Source: an uncultured delta proteobacterium (lineage in GTDB: Bacteria; Desulfobacterota; Desulfobacteria; Desulfobacterales; B30-G6). From it: 64,000 bases of DNA. Below are positions 1 through 8,757 of this stretch, one piece after another. The stretch spans positions 1,824,001 through 1,888,000 of the forward strand of contig CAWGLD010000001.1 in NCBI GenBank assembly GCA_963823335.1. Reading direction: 5' to 3'. The notes under the pieces were generated by a model that did not search any database, had not been told where the DNA came from, and was given only the letters and a program-made list of their open reading frames with translations. Each line of letters begins with the position of its first letter. The first letter of the stretch is position 1. The translations under genes and the position numbers were made by a program.

Positions 1-1218
1 AATCTGTCCGACGACCTGGCCTTGACACTGAGGGCGACAAGTATCCGGATTGTCGCTCCGATCCCCGGCAAAGCCGTCATCGGGATCGAGATTCCCAATG
101 CCGAGCGGGAAACGGTTCGCTTCAAAGAGATCGTTGTCGCCAGTGTGTTCGAAAAATCCAAGTCGCCCCTGACGCTCTGTCTGGGAAAAGACATCGTGGG
201 CAATCCCGTTGTAACCCAGATGAACAAGATGCCTCATCTGTTGATTGCCGGGGCCACCGGAGCGGGCAAGAGCGTTGCGCTGAACACCATGATCAGCGGT
301 TTTCTCTACAAGTCGTCCCCGGACGACCTGAAACTGATCATGGTGGACCCCAAACGCATCGAGCTCTCCATGTACGACGGTATTCCGCACCTGATTACAC
401 CGGTGGTGACCAGTGCCAAGAAAGCCACCAATGCCCTGTTCTGGGCGGTGAAGGAAATGGAGCGACGCTACGAGGTTCTGTCCGAGCACAAGACCAGGAA
501 TGTGGACCAGTACAACCAGAAAATGGCCAAACAGGGACCGGACAAAGACGGTAACGTACCGGAAAAACTTCCCTACATCGTCATCATCATCGACGAGCTG
601 GCGGATCTAATGATGGTGGCATCCCGGGACGTGGAGGTCGCTCTGACGCGTCTTGCTCAGATGGCCCGGGCTGCGGGCATTCACCTGATCATCGCCACAC
701 AGCGGCCTTCCGTGGATGTCCTGACCGGTATCATCAAGGCCAATTTTCCCACGCGGCTCACGTTCCAGGTTTCCTCCAAAACGGATTCGCGGACCATCAT
801 CGACATGAATGGCGCCGAGAGTCTTCTGGGAAACGGGGACATGCTGTTTCTGCCGCCGGGTGCCGCAAAGCTCCAAAGGATCCACGGAGCCTACATATCC
901 GAGGTCGAAGTTGCCAGGATTACAGAGTTTCTGAGATCCCAACGGCCTCCCGAGTACCTGGAAGATGTGATCCAGGCCCCGGTGGAGGATGCTACCGAAA
1001 ATGGTGACCTGGAATATGACGAAAAATACGATGAAGCGGTTGCACTGGTCACCAGGACGCGTCAGGCTTCGATTTCCATGGTTCAACGGCATCTCAGAAT
1101 CGGCTACAACCGGGCAGCCAGGATCATCGAAACCATGGAGCAGGAGGGTCTGGTGGGTCCTTCGGACGGAGCCAAGGCACGCGAAGTGCTGGTGAGAGGA
1201 TACGAGGACGTTGATTGA
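1..1218 (+). CDS. ftsK: DNA translocase FtsK, C-terminal motor and gamma domains (5' truncated by window edge)
   Basis: Frame is open from base 1 (NLSDDLALTL). Walker A GATGAGKS, IIIDELADLM, ATQRPS, and gamma domain QRHLRIGYNRAARI. Confidence 0.97.
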   Translation, partial: NLSDDLALTLRATSIRIVAPIPGKAVIGIEIPNAERETVRFKEIVVASVFEKSKSPLTLCLGKDIVGNPVVTQMNKMPHLLIAGATGAGKSVALNTMISGFLYKSSPDDLKLIMVDPKRIELSMYDGIPHLITPVVTSAKKATNALFWAVKEMERRYEVLSEHKTRNVDQYNQKMAKQGPDKDGNVPEKLPYIVIIIDELADLMMVASRDVEVALTRLAQMARAAGIHLIIATQRPSVDVLTGIIKANFPTRLTFQVSSKTDSRTIIDMNGAESLLGNGDMLFLPPGAAKLQRIHGAYISEVEVARITEFLRSQRPPEYLEDVIQAPVEDATENGDLEYDEKYDEAVALVTRTRQASISMVQRHLRIGYNRAARIIETMEQEGLVGPSDGAKAREVLVRGYEDVD

Positions 1219-1843
1219 GGCACAGCGTGAATTGGTTAAGCAGGTCAAAGGTTTTCTGGATACAGCCGAAGGAGAGGCGTTGTATACCATTGCCAGGGAA
1301 GCCGGCAAGCTAGGCCCCTGTCTGGAAATCGGGAGCTACTGTGGCAAGTCAACCATCTGTATCGGCACTGCCTGCAGGGAAATCAACGGCACCCTGTTTG
1401 CCATCGATCACCATACGGGTTCGGAAGAACAGCAGCCCGGCGAAGAATATTTTGACCCTGGCCTGTTCAATTATCAAACGTTCCAGGTAGACACCCTCAC
1501 GACATTCAGAGAGACCCTGAGGCAGGCCGATCTTTTAGACACGGTAGTGCCCCTGGTCTGTCAATCCCACGTGGCAGCCCGACACTGGGAGACGCCCCTC
1601 GCCCTGGTTTTTATCGACGGCGGTCATGCCGTGGAAACCGTGCGTCTTGACTATGACTCATGGGCGAACCACGTCATGCCCGGGGGTTACCTTGTGTTTC
1701 ACGACGTCTTTGCCAACCCGGAAGAAGGCGGCCAGGCTCCTTTTGATATGTATCGGGTTGCGCTTTCCTCAGGCCGCTTCACTGCAGAACCCATGGTCAA
1801 GACCCTCGGAATTCTACGCAGAATAGATGAACTGCAGCCGTGA
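1211..1843 (+). CDS. Class I SAM-dependent methyltransferase (Methyltransf_24-like)
   Basis: LEIGSYCGKST, IDHHTGSEEQQPG and FIDGGH motifs; overlaps the ftsK stop. Confidence 0.88.
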   Translation: MIEAQRELVKQVKGFLDTAEGEALYTIAREAGKLGPCLEIGSYCGKSTICIGTACREINGTLFAIDHHTGSEEQQPGEEYFDPGLFNYQTFQVDTLTTFRETLRQADLLDTVVPLVCQSHVAARHWETPLALVFIDGGHAVETVRLDYDSWANHVMPGGYLVFHDVFANPEEGGQAPFDMYRVALSSGRFTAEPMVKTLGILRRIDELQP

Positions 1844-2065
1844 GCATATTCCCGGCGTGACTTGCAGAAGATTCCTCGTAACCTGCTGCAAGCTCTTTCA
1901 ATCAAAAACCGGTTTTGTGAGGCGCCAAGCTGATTCCGAAATATCTGCTTATCTGATTTATCCGCTTCGATCACGATTGTCTATCCATGGAAAACCTTCG
2001 GCATCTTCTCGAACGGCATTGCCAATCAACAGCCGGGCACCTGTTAAAAATCAAGGAGATTCTCT

Positions 2066-3430
2066 ATGCGTGTTTTAACATCCCCCTGGGAGACGATCAG
2101 TGCTTTGATCGCTGCAGAAAACAGCGTTGAATTGACAACATTTATCGATGCCCTCAGCCCGCATGAGACGGCCCGGGCCATTTCTCGATTGACCGAGGAG
2201 GAACGGCTTAGCCTTTTCAGCCTTCTCAGCCCCGAGGATGCCGCCGATGTGATCGAGGACATCCCGGAAACCCAGGCCGCGGACCTGGTGGAGGATATGC
2301 CATCGGAGCGGGCGGCGGCAATTATGGAAGAATTGACCAGCGATCACCTGGTGGACGTTTTGGGCAAGTTGGATGAGGAAGCAAGCCAGGCAATTCTGGA
2401 AAAAATGGATCGCCAGGATGCCAGGGAGGCACGGATGATGCTGGCGTACGCACAGGACTGCGCCGGCGGGCTCATGATTTCCGAGTTCCTTGTCTATTCG
2501 ATGGACCACACGATCCAGAATGTGCTCGATGACCTGCAGGCCAATCGTAGCACGTACATGGATTATCATGTGCAGTATTTTTATGTCATGGACCGGGAAA
2601 AAAAACTGGTTGGTGTACTGCGCCTGCACGATTTGCTTTTTCCCGACCGGAAGACACGTCTTGCCCAGGTAATGATCTCTAAGCCTCTCAGTGTGTCGGA
2701 CAAGGCCTCTCTCAAGGAGCTCGAGGCCTTTTTCGAGGAGCATCATCTGTTCGGGGTGCCGGTTGTGGACGATGCACGGCGGCTGGTGGGCGTGGTGCTG
2801 CCGGCGGCCATCGAGGAGGCGGTCAATAAGCGCAAGACCAAGACATTTCTGCGTTTGAGCGGTATTGTCGGCGGCGAGGAATTCCGGACCATGCCGCTGA
2901 TATCTCGTTCCGGACGCCGTTTGTCCTGGCTGAGCATGAATATTGTTCTCAATATAATCGCCGCAAGTGTGATTGCCATGTATCAGGACACTCTTGCAGC
3001 AGTCATTACCCTGGCGGTTTTTCTGCCCATGGTCAGCGACATGAGCGGTTGCTCGGGTAACCAGGCTGTGGCTGTTTCCATGCGTGAGCTGTCTCTCGGG
3101 CTGGTCAGACCGGGCGAGCTTCTCTGGGTACTGGCAAAGGAGGCCAAGATCGGCATCATCAACGGCCTGGTACTGGGACTGCTGCTGGGTGGGGTAGCCT
3201 TTTTCTGGAAGGGTAATCCATGGCTCGGCCTCGTGGTGGGCGGTGCCCTGGCAACCAACACACTGGTTTCCGTCATGCTTGGCGGGATGCTGCCGCTCAT
3301 GCTCAAGCGGTTCAAACTGGACCCGGCCCTTGTGTCAGGGCCGTTGCTGACAACTGTCACGGACATGTGCGGCTTCTTTTTTGTTTTGAGTTTCGCCGCG
3401 GCGGTTCTGCCCAAACTCGGTGGTATGTAG
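2066..3430 (+). CDS. mgtE: Magnesium transporter MgtE
   Basis: Acidic N-domain, CBS pair (AGGLM), TM domain with SGCSGNQ and DPALVSGPLLTTVTD. Confidence 0.95.
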   Translation: MRVLTSPWETISALIAAENSVELTTFIDALSPHETARAISRLTEEERLSLFSLLSPEDAADVIEDIPETQAADLVEDMPSERAAAIMEELTSDHLVDVLGKLDEEASQAILEKMDRQDAREARMMLAYAQDCAGGLMISEFLVYSMDHTIQNVLDDLQANRSTYMDYHVQYFYVMDREKKLVGVLRLHDLLFPDRKTRLAQVMISKPLSVSDKASLKELEAFFEEHHLFGVPVVDDARRLVGVVLPAAIEEAVNKRKTKTFLRLSGIVGGEEFRTMPLISRSGRRLSWLSMNIVLNIIAASVIAMYQDTLAAVITLAVFLPMVSDMSGCSGNQAVAVSMRELSLGLVRPGELLWVLAKEAKIGIINGLVLGLLLGGVAFFWKGNPWLGLVVGGALATNTLVSVMLGGMLPLMLKRFKLDPALVSGPLLTTVTDMCGFFFVLSFAAAVLPKLGGM

Positions 3431-3437
3431 TGCAGGA

Positions 3438-3508
3438 GTCAAAGGAGACAGCACGTCTCCGTAAGTTCAGGTTCGGAACCGCGTGCCAAGCACGCGGCTT
3501 GTAGAACA
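3438..3508 (-). mobile_element. Internally deleted copy (71 bp) of the 124-bp IS200/IS605-type non-autonomous element
   Basis: Reverse complement matches the left part of the copies at 6833, 30975 and 54348. Preceded by CTGAT and ends in TGAC; the right-end hairpin is missing. Confidence 0.8.
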
Positions 3509-3531
3509 ATCAGTCCGGAGGATATCAGAGA

Positions 3532-4722
3532 TCAAGCACTGTCAACTTTTTCTAAGTCCGCCTCAATCTTTACGACAACTAACGTTATGTCATCTTCGGT
3601 CTTTGAGTTATTTTGGAATTGGTTCAAGGCAGCAAAAACCGTTTCTATTATTTCTTGTGCTTTTTTAGTGGCATTTCTACGGATGATCTCGAAAAGGCGG
3701 TTTTTGCCAAAGATCTCTCCATCGGGGTTGTGCGCTTCCCAGACGCCGTCAGTACTTAATACGATGATTTGTCCTTTTGTGAGACCGGTTCTTTCGTTCA
3801 TCTCATACTGGAAATCTTCAAATACACCCAAGGCCATACCAGGGCCTTTCAACTCCGCGAATTTATCTGTAGCCGGATCATAGAAGATGCCTGGATCATG
3901 ACCTGCACGTACCCACTGTAATTTTTGGTTTGCCGTGTCAATGGTCATGAAAAACATTGTCATAAATTGCCCGGAATCCTCAATATCATGAACCAATTGA
4001 AGATTGACATCCGTGATGATTCGTGCGGTGTTTCCAGGAAATGACAAACGCTGCCGTAAAGACGAACGGGCAGTAGCCATAAGTAGTGCAGAGGGAATAC
4101 CATGTCCAGACACATCCCCAATTGCCACGCCAATTTTTTTATTCTTAGAGGCATCTAAAATTATAAAATCGTAATAATCACCACCGGTTTCATCACAGTA
4201 AAGGCTTTTGCCCGCGATGTCCAATCCGTCTATTTTCAGATTGCCTTTTGGTAGAAGATTCTGTTGGACATCCCTGGCCAGATTAAGTGATTGGCGAATC
4301 CTGTCCGATATCTTTAGGATAGTGTCCAGCATTTGAGTGCGCGAGGTAACAATCTGTTTGATTTCTCTTGGAGCATCCTGGGGTAGAACAACCTGCCTTG
4401 CTGTGGGGTCATTATTTTGTAGACGTTGATTGGTCACGAAGATGGATTCAAGAGGTGCAATAATTTTTTTGGTGAGAAAGCTCTTAAGGGTAACCATCAT
4501 GAAAAGAATGATGATTGATATTAGGAATATGATCCTCATGGCATACCAGAAAAGATCGGCAACTCCCTCATAATCTGTCAGCCCCCTGTAGATTAGAGAA
4601 CATACAAGCAATATTACTTCAATGGCCAAAATACGCCAAAAGATGCCTTCTAAAAGAATTCTTTTGACACCATCTTTTCTATTCTTGTGAGACTTCGGCG
4701 GTATGGTTGTATCTTGATCCAT
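3532..4722 (-). CDS. Membrane-bound PP2C/SpoIIE-family Ser/Thr phosphatase
   Basis: Two N-terminal TM segments; GGDYYD, IGDVSGHG, STDGVWE and EDDIT motifs. Confidence 0.92.
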   Translation of the reverse strand: MDQDTTIPPKSHKNRKDGVKRILLEGIFWRILAIEVILLVCSLIYRGLTDYEGVADLFWYAMRIIFLISIIILFMMVTLKSFLTKKIIAPLESIFVTNQRLQNNDPTARQVVLPQDAPREIKQIVTSRTQMLDTILKISDRIRQSLNLARDVQQNLLPKGNLKIDGLDIAGKSLYCDETGGDYYDFIILDASKNKKIGVAIGDVSGHGIPSALLMATARSSLRQRLSFPGNTARIITDVNLQLVHDIEDSGQFMTMFFMTIDTANQKLQWVRAGHDPGIFYDPATDKFAELKGPGMALGVFEDFQYEMNERTGLTKGQIIVLSTDGVWEAHNPDGEIFGKNRLFEIIRRNATKKAQEIIETVFAALNQFQNNSKTEDDITLVVVKIEADLEKVDSA

Positions 4723-4841
4723 TGTTCCTTTTCTTGGAAGTTGAAAATAGATGTCATATATAAGGTGTTTCTTATAACATATCCTTACACAGGAAAGATA
4801 TGTTTCCGCAATCGTAAAGGTGATATCTTAAAACGTCCGGG

Positions 4842-5555
4842 TCAGGCATTTTTCCTGAAGTAGAGCACCAGACTTTTGCCCATGAGCGGATTGAGAAGCG
4901 GATCGAGAAGACGGGTTAGACGGGGTTTTTTCATGATGTCCCAGGTTAAAAACCGGTGGTATGCCCTGACCAGGGGGTGATGGTCCCGGGTAGGCCCGAC
5001 ACTGCATTTGAGCCACCAGTAGGGACTGTGGAGGCTGTGAGCATAATGGGATCCCCGGTGGGTGAAACCGGCTTTCTCCAGCAGGTTGATGAGCCCTTTC
5101 CGGCGATAAATGCGGATGTGTCCCTGGTTGGCTTTGTGGTATTCATGAGACAACATCCAGCAGATACGTTCCGGCACGTAGCGCGGAACGGAAAGGGCCA
5201 GGTGTCTTCCCGGTTTGAGGATTCTGGCCAGTTCCAGGAGAGCCTGTTTTTCGTCCGGTATGTGTTCCATCACCTCCGAGCAGATAACCAGATCGAAGGC
5301 ATGGCGTTTATAGGGCAGATGACGGATGTCGGCCATGTTCAACTGCCAGGCGCCTCCGCCATGCTCCCCCAGCCGATCGTGAAACTGCAACCGCTTTCTG
5401 GCTTCCATGACATCGTCAATGGCAAGATCCGCCCCGATGACAAAGGCGTCCCTGCAGCGGTAGGCTTCGCAGGTGTGCCGCCCGCTTCCGCAACCGATAT
5501 CGAGAATACGGGAGCCAGGGTCTAATGGGATTCGCTTAAAGTCTATGGTGATCAT
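4842..5555 (-). CDS. Class I SAM-dependent methyltransferase
   Basis: Start reassigned to MITIDFKR (5555), overlapping the GT4 stop. ILDIGCGSGRH and DLVICSEVMEH motifs. Confidence 0.9.
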   Translation of the reverse strand: MITIDFKRIPLDPGSRILDIGCGSGRHTCEAYRCRDAFVIGADLAIDDVMEARKRLQFHDRLGEHGGGAWQLNMADIRHLPYKRHAFDLVICSEVMEHIPDEKQALLELARILKPGRHLALSVPRYVPERICWMLSHEYHKANQGHIRIYRRKGLINLLEKAGFTHRGSHYAHSLHSPYWWLKCSVGPTRDHHPLVRAYHRFLTWDIMKKPRLTRLLDPLLNPLMGKSLVLYFRKNA

Positions 5556-6783
5556 GGATGGCCTCCCGGTAGCATGCCACGGTTTTTTGGGCAGCCCTTT
5601 TCCAGGTAAACTGATTCTGAATGCGCTCGAACCCTTTTTTACCCAGTCGTAACGCATGCTCCGGGTTGTCGAACAGGTCCTGTATAGCCTTGCCCAGGGC
5701 CTGGGAATCAGCGGGAGGTACCAGGACGCCGGCATCTCCCACCACTTCCGGGAGGGCGCCGCCGGTGGTACTGACCACCGGGACACCGCATGCCATGGCT
5801 TCGCCGGCCGGGATTCCGAAACCTTCGTAGAGGGAAGGTATGACGGCGACGGATGCTTTGGCATACTGTCGGACAAATTCGGTATGTCCGATGCGGCCCG
5901 TGAACTTGATGAGATGGCCGATATTGAGCTCCCGAATCTTTTTTTCAATACCGCCGTTTTTCTTGGGGGACCCGATCACCACCAGCTTGAGATTGTATTT
6001 AGGTGAAAGATCGGCAACCGCCTGAAGGAGATAATAGAGCCCTTTCAAGGGGATATCGGCACTGTTGGTGACGATCAGGCGATTTTTTTCCCGTTGGATC
6101 TCGGGCAGCGGGTAAAACTGATCGGTGTTGATGCCATTGGGAATCACGCGAAAGCGCTTCAAAGGGATCTTGAAATCAAGTCCGATGTCGTTTCTGGCCG
6201 AGTTCGATACTGTAATGATGTGGGAAAACGTTCGCGAAACGATTCTCTGCATTCTCAGGAACGAGTGCCAGCGTAGGTATTTCAACTTTTTCCAGTATGC
6301 CCGGACACTACGGATGGCGAGGTCACGGTCCACCGAAATGGGATGATGGATGGTGGCAACGGCGGGGACCCGTCGGTTGATGGCCCAGATGCCGTAAGAG
6401 AGGCTTTGATTGTCATGGACGATGTCATAACGATGAAGCTGCTTTCTCAAATAGTGATATGCGCGGAGACCGAAGGTGAACATCTCCGGAAATCCCATGG
6501 TGGAAACGGAAACCCATTCCAGCAGATTGATGGGGTTGGACAGTTCTTTCAGGGTCGGGATCCGAAAGGGGTCCGAGGGGTTGTACAGATCGAGACACGG
6601 CAGTCTGACCAGGGGGATGTCCGGGTCGGTCAAGGGGTCAGGCGGCCCCGAAAGGATATCCACCCCATGCCCCAGGTCTTTGAGGGCCCTTGAAAGGTTC
6701 TTCAGATAGACACCCTGGCCTCCGCTGTGCGGGTTGCTCCTGTAGCTGATGAGGCAGATGTTTAACGGGTTTGTTGTATTCAT
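5536..6783 (-). CDS. Glycosyltransferase family 4 (GT-B)
   Basis: HSGGQGVY and PSLYEGFGIPAGEAMACG motifs. Start set at MNTTNPL because the upstream extension lies in a repeat. Confidence 0.92.
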   Translation of the reverse strand: MNTTNPLNICLISYRSNPHSGGQGVYLKNLSRALKDLGHGVDILSGPPDPLTDPDIPLVRLPCLDLYNPSDPFRIPTLKELSNPINLLEWVSVSTMGFPEMFTFGLRAYHYLRKQLHRYDIVHDNQSLSYGIWAINRRVPAVATIHHPISVDRDLAIRSVRAYWKKLKYLRWHSFLRMQRIVSRTFSHIITVSNSARNDIGLDFKIPLKRFRVIPNGINTDQFYPLPEIQREKNRLIVTNSADIPLKGLYYLLQAVADLSPKYNLKLVVIGSPKKNGGIEKKIRELNIGHLIKFTGRIGHTEFVRQYAKASVAVIPSLYEGFGIPAGEAMACGVPVVSTTGGALPEVVGDAGVLVPPADSQALGKAIQDLFDNPEHALRLGKKGFERIQNQFTWKRAAQKTVACYREAIHDHHRL

Positions 6784-6832
6784 TGTGTTTATTGTGCCTG
6801 TTGGGTTACCTGAGATAGGGGGTGGATTTGAT

Positions 6833-6956
6833 TGTTCTACAAACCGCGTGCTTGGCACGCGGTTCCGAACCTGAACTTACGGAGACGTGCCGTCTCCTTT
6901 GTTTTTCCCCATTTTGGGGGAAATCCAAGCCACCCGTTTCACGGGTGGTAGTTGAC
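6833..6956 (+). mobile_element. 124-bp IS200/IS605-type non-autonomous element (PATE-like)
   Basis: Near-identical to 30975-31098 and 54348-54472. Follows TTGAT, has subterminal hairpins at both ends, ends GGTAGTTGAC; no TSD beyond a 1-nt boundary ambiguity. Confidence 0.85.
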
Positions 6957-7041
6957 TACCGTTACCGTATCCATTCCGTCAAGGGATTTTTTATTGTATC
7001 TGATATTTGTCTTGACCAGCTAATTGTCGTTCCATATGTTT

Positions 7042-7064
7042 ATAAAATCGTTGCACGATTTTAT
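7042..7064. repeat. 23-bp dyad ATAAAWTCG-N5-CGAWTTTAT, one of 8 copies (also 31903, 40672, 40853, 49958, 55878, 58723, 62095)
   Basis: Direct reading of the palindrome at each locus. Confidence 0.85.
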
Positions 7065-7144
7065 CGGAAAGGACGGCGTCGCTATTTTAATCAAAAGAAG
7101 TCCTCGTTGCTTGCTGCGAGGTTCTTCAAACGGATATATAAAGC

Positions 7145-8083
7145 ATGGGTAATGTTGATCAAAATCAAGCGCAAAGACAGACGAATGACTCAGTACTGCC
7201 GGACAGGGTCAGGATCATGGAGGTGGGCCCCAGGGATGGGTTGCAGTTCGAGAAAAAGATTCTTCCCACTTCACTGAAAGTCGATCTCATCACGGATCTT
7301 GTGGCGGCGGGATTGAAGGAGATTCAGGTGGCTGCTTTTGTAAATCCAGGCATCGTTCCACAAATGGCGGATGCAGATATGCTGGTGGCGCAGCTGCCGA
7401 AACAGCCAGGGGTTGTTTACAACGGGCTGGCCCTGAATGTCAAAGGAGTGGAACGTGTGGCTGCCGCTGGCTTGAAATCTATTGAGGTTTCTATGTCGGC
7501 CAGTGAGGCGCACAGCCGCAGGAACGTCAACATGACAATCAAAGAATCTGCGGCCCAGGTCGACGAGATGATACGTCTTTCTAAAGAACTGGGCCTGGCC
7601 GTCCGTGCAGGAATCCAGTGTGCCTTCGGGTACCCGGGTGAAGAATCTGTGCCCTTTGAACGAATTCGGCGTATCGTGGAACACTATATGAAACATGACA
7701 TCGAGGTTCTGAACCTGGGCGATACCACAGGCATGGCGGATCCGGGTAAAATCCATGCCTTCATGGAAAAAATGCGCCCGCTGGTGGGTGATCTGGATCT
7801 GGCACTTCACCTTCACGACACAAGGGGGCTGGGGTTGGATAATGTCCAGACGGCGATGAAATACGGGATTCGGCGCTTTGATGCCTCCCTGGCCGGTATG
7901 GGGGGCTGTCCGTTCGTGCCTGGAGCCGCCGGAAATGTCGCCACGGAAGACCTGGTCAACTTTTTGCACACCAGTCATGTCGAAACTGGTGTAGATATAA
8001 GAAAACTGGCGCGATGTTCCCGGAGAATGGAAGCTTTTTTCGAGAAACGATTTTCTGGCAGAATGCATCGATTGATGCTATAA
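7145..8083 (+). CDS. Hydroxymethylglutaryl-CoA lyase
   Basis: EVGPRDGLQ, HLHDTRG and GGCPFVPGAAGNVATED motifs. Confidence 0.93.
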   Translation: MGNVDQNQAQRQTNDSVLPDRVRIMEVGPRDGLQFEKKILPTSLKVDLITDLVAAGLKEIQVAAFVNPGIVPQMADADMLVAQLPKQPGVVYNGLALNVKGVERVAAAGLKSIEVSMSASEAHSRRNVNMTIKESAAQVDEMIRLSKELGLAVRAGIQCAFGYPGEESVPFERIRRIVEHYMKHDIEVLNLGDTTGMADPGKIHAFMEKMRPLVGDLDLALHLHDTRGLGLDNVQTAMKYGIRRFDASLAGMGGCPFVPGAAGNVATEDLVNFLHTSHVETGVDIRKLARCSRRMEAFFEKRFSGRMHRLML

Positions 8084-8086
8084 ATG

Positions 8087-8606
8087 AAGGGTTCGAGGGT
8101 CTGAGGGTGATATGAGGGTTGGAGGGTTGGAGGGTGATACAAGGGTTGGAGGGTGGCTGACAGGTACAAGCGGACAGCGGCATTCCAGCTTCAGAGCATC
8201 CTGGCGTCCCAGCGTAATAAAGGTTCGAGGGTCTGAGGGTGATACGAGGGTTGGAGGGTTGGAGGGTGATACAAGGGTTGGAGGGTGGCTGACAGGTACA
8301 AGCGGACAGCGGCATTCCAGCTTCAGAGCATCCTGGCGTCCCAGCGTAATAAAGGTTCGAGGGTCCGAGGGTGATACAAGGGTTGGAGGGTGGCTGACAG
8401 GTACAAGCGGACAGCGGCATTCCAGCTTCAGAGCATCCTGGCGTCCCAGCGTAATAAAGGTTCGAGGGTCTGAGGGTGATACAAGGGTTGGAGGGTGGCT
8501 GACAGGTACAAGCGGACAGCGGCATTCCAGCTTCAGAGCATCCTGGCGTCCCAGCGTAATAAAGGTTCGAGGGTCTGAGGGTGATATGAGGGTTGGGTTC
8601 GAGGGT
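8087..8606. repeat. Tandem repeat: four copies of a ~70-bp constant block separated by AGGGT-rich tracts (periods 132, 105 and 105 bp)
   Basis: GGCTGACAGGTACAAGCGGACAGC...CCCAGCGTAATAAAGG recurs at ~8155, 8287, 8392 and 8497; a diverged single copy sits at ~46560-46663. Confidence 0.95.
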
Positions 8607-8629
8607 GATAAAAGGGATAAGAAGAGTAA

Positions 8630-8751
8630 GTCATTTACTTCGTGTAATTCATTGTAGCTGTTAGCTATAGGCAACAAGAAATGACGCGCGTAGCGCTAAT
8701 GTCGTCCGATAGGACAAATGACGCACGAAGTGCAGATGACATCCGAAGGAT
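8630..8751 (+). repeat. Dispersed element with ~18-bp-period array of mini-hairpins (copy 1 of 3)
   Basis: AATGAC-GCGC(GTA)GCGC / GTCC(GATA)GGAC / GCAC(GAA)GTGC / ATCC(GAA)GGAT; homologous to 30094-30197 (-) and 36402-36565. Confidence 0.85.
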
Positions 8752-8757
8752 TGAGGT

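Noticed and set aside
1845-2065. Mg2+ riboswitch (M-box) upstream of mgtE
   Set aside because: No recognisable conserved motif or terminator by eye; a cmscan would be needed to exclude it.
6784-6858. N-terminal extensions in the ORF track (MPSTRFVEQ...; also 42468-42629, 45087-45215 and 12658-12702)
   Set aside because: They run through repeat elements; downstream starts match the family N-termini.
8087-8606. CRISPR array
   Set aside because: The constant block is ~70 bp, the intervening tracts are near-identical low-complexity sequence rather than unique spacers, and there are no cas genes.
8087-8606. FtsK-orienting KOPS cluster
   Set aside because: The tracts are GGG-N5-GGG, not GGGNAGGG.
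7956-8677. ORFs 7956-8525 (-), 8078-8677 (-) and 8112-8657 (+)
   Set aside because: They are open because the repeat periods (105, 132) are multiples of three; three overlapping frames, no recognisable domain.
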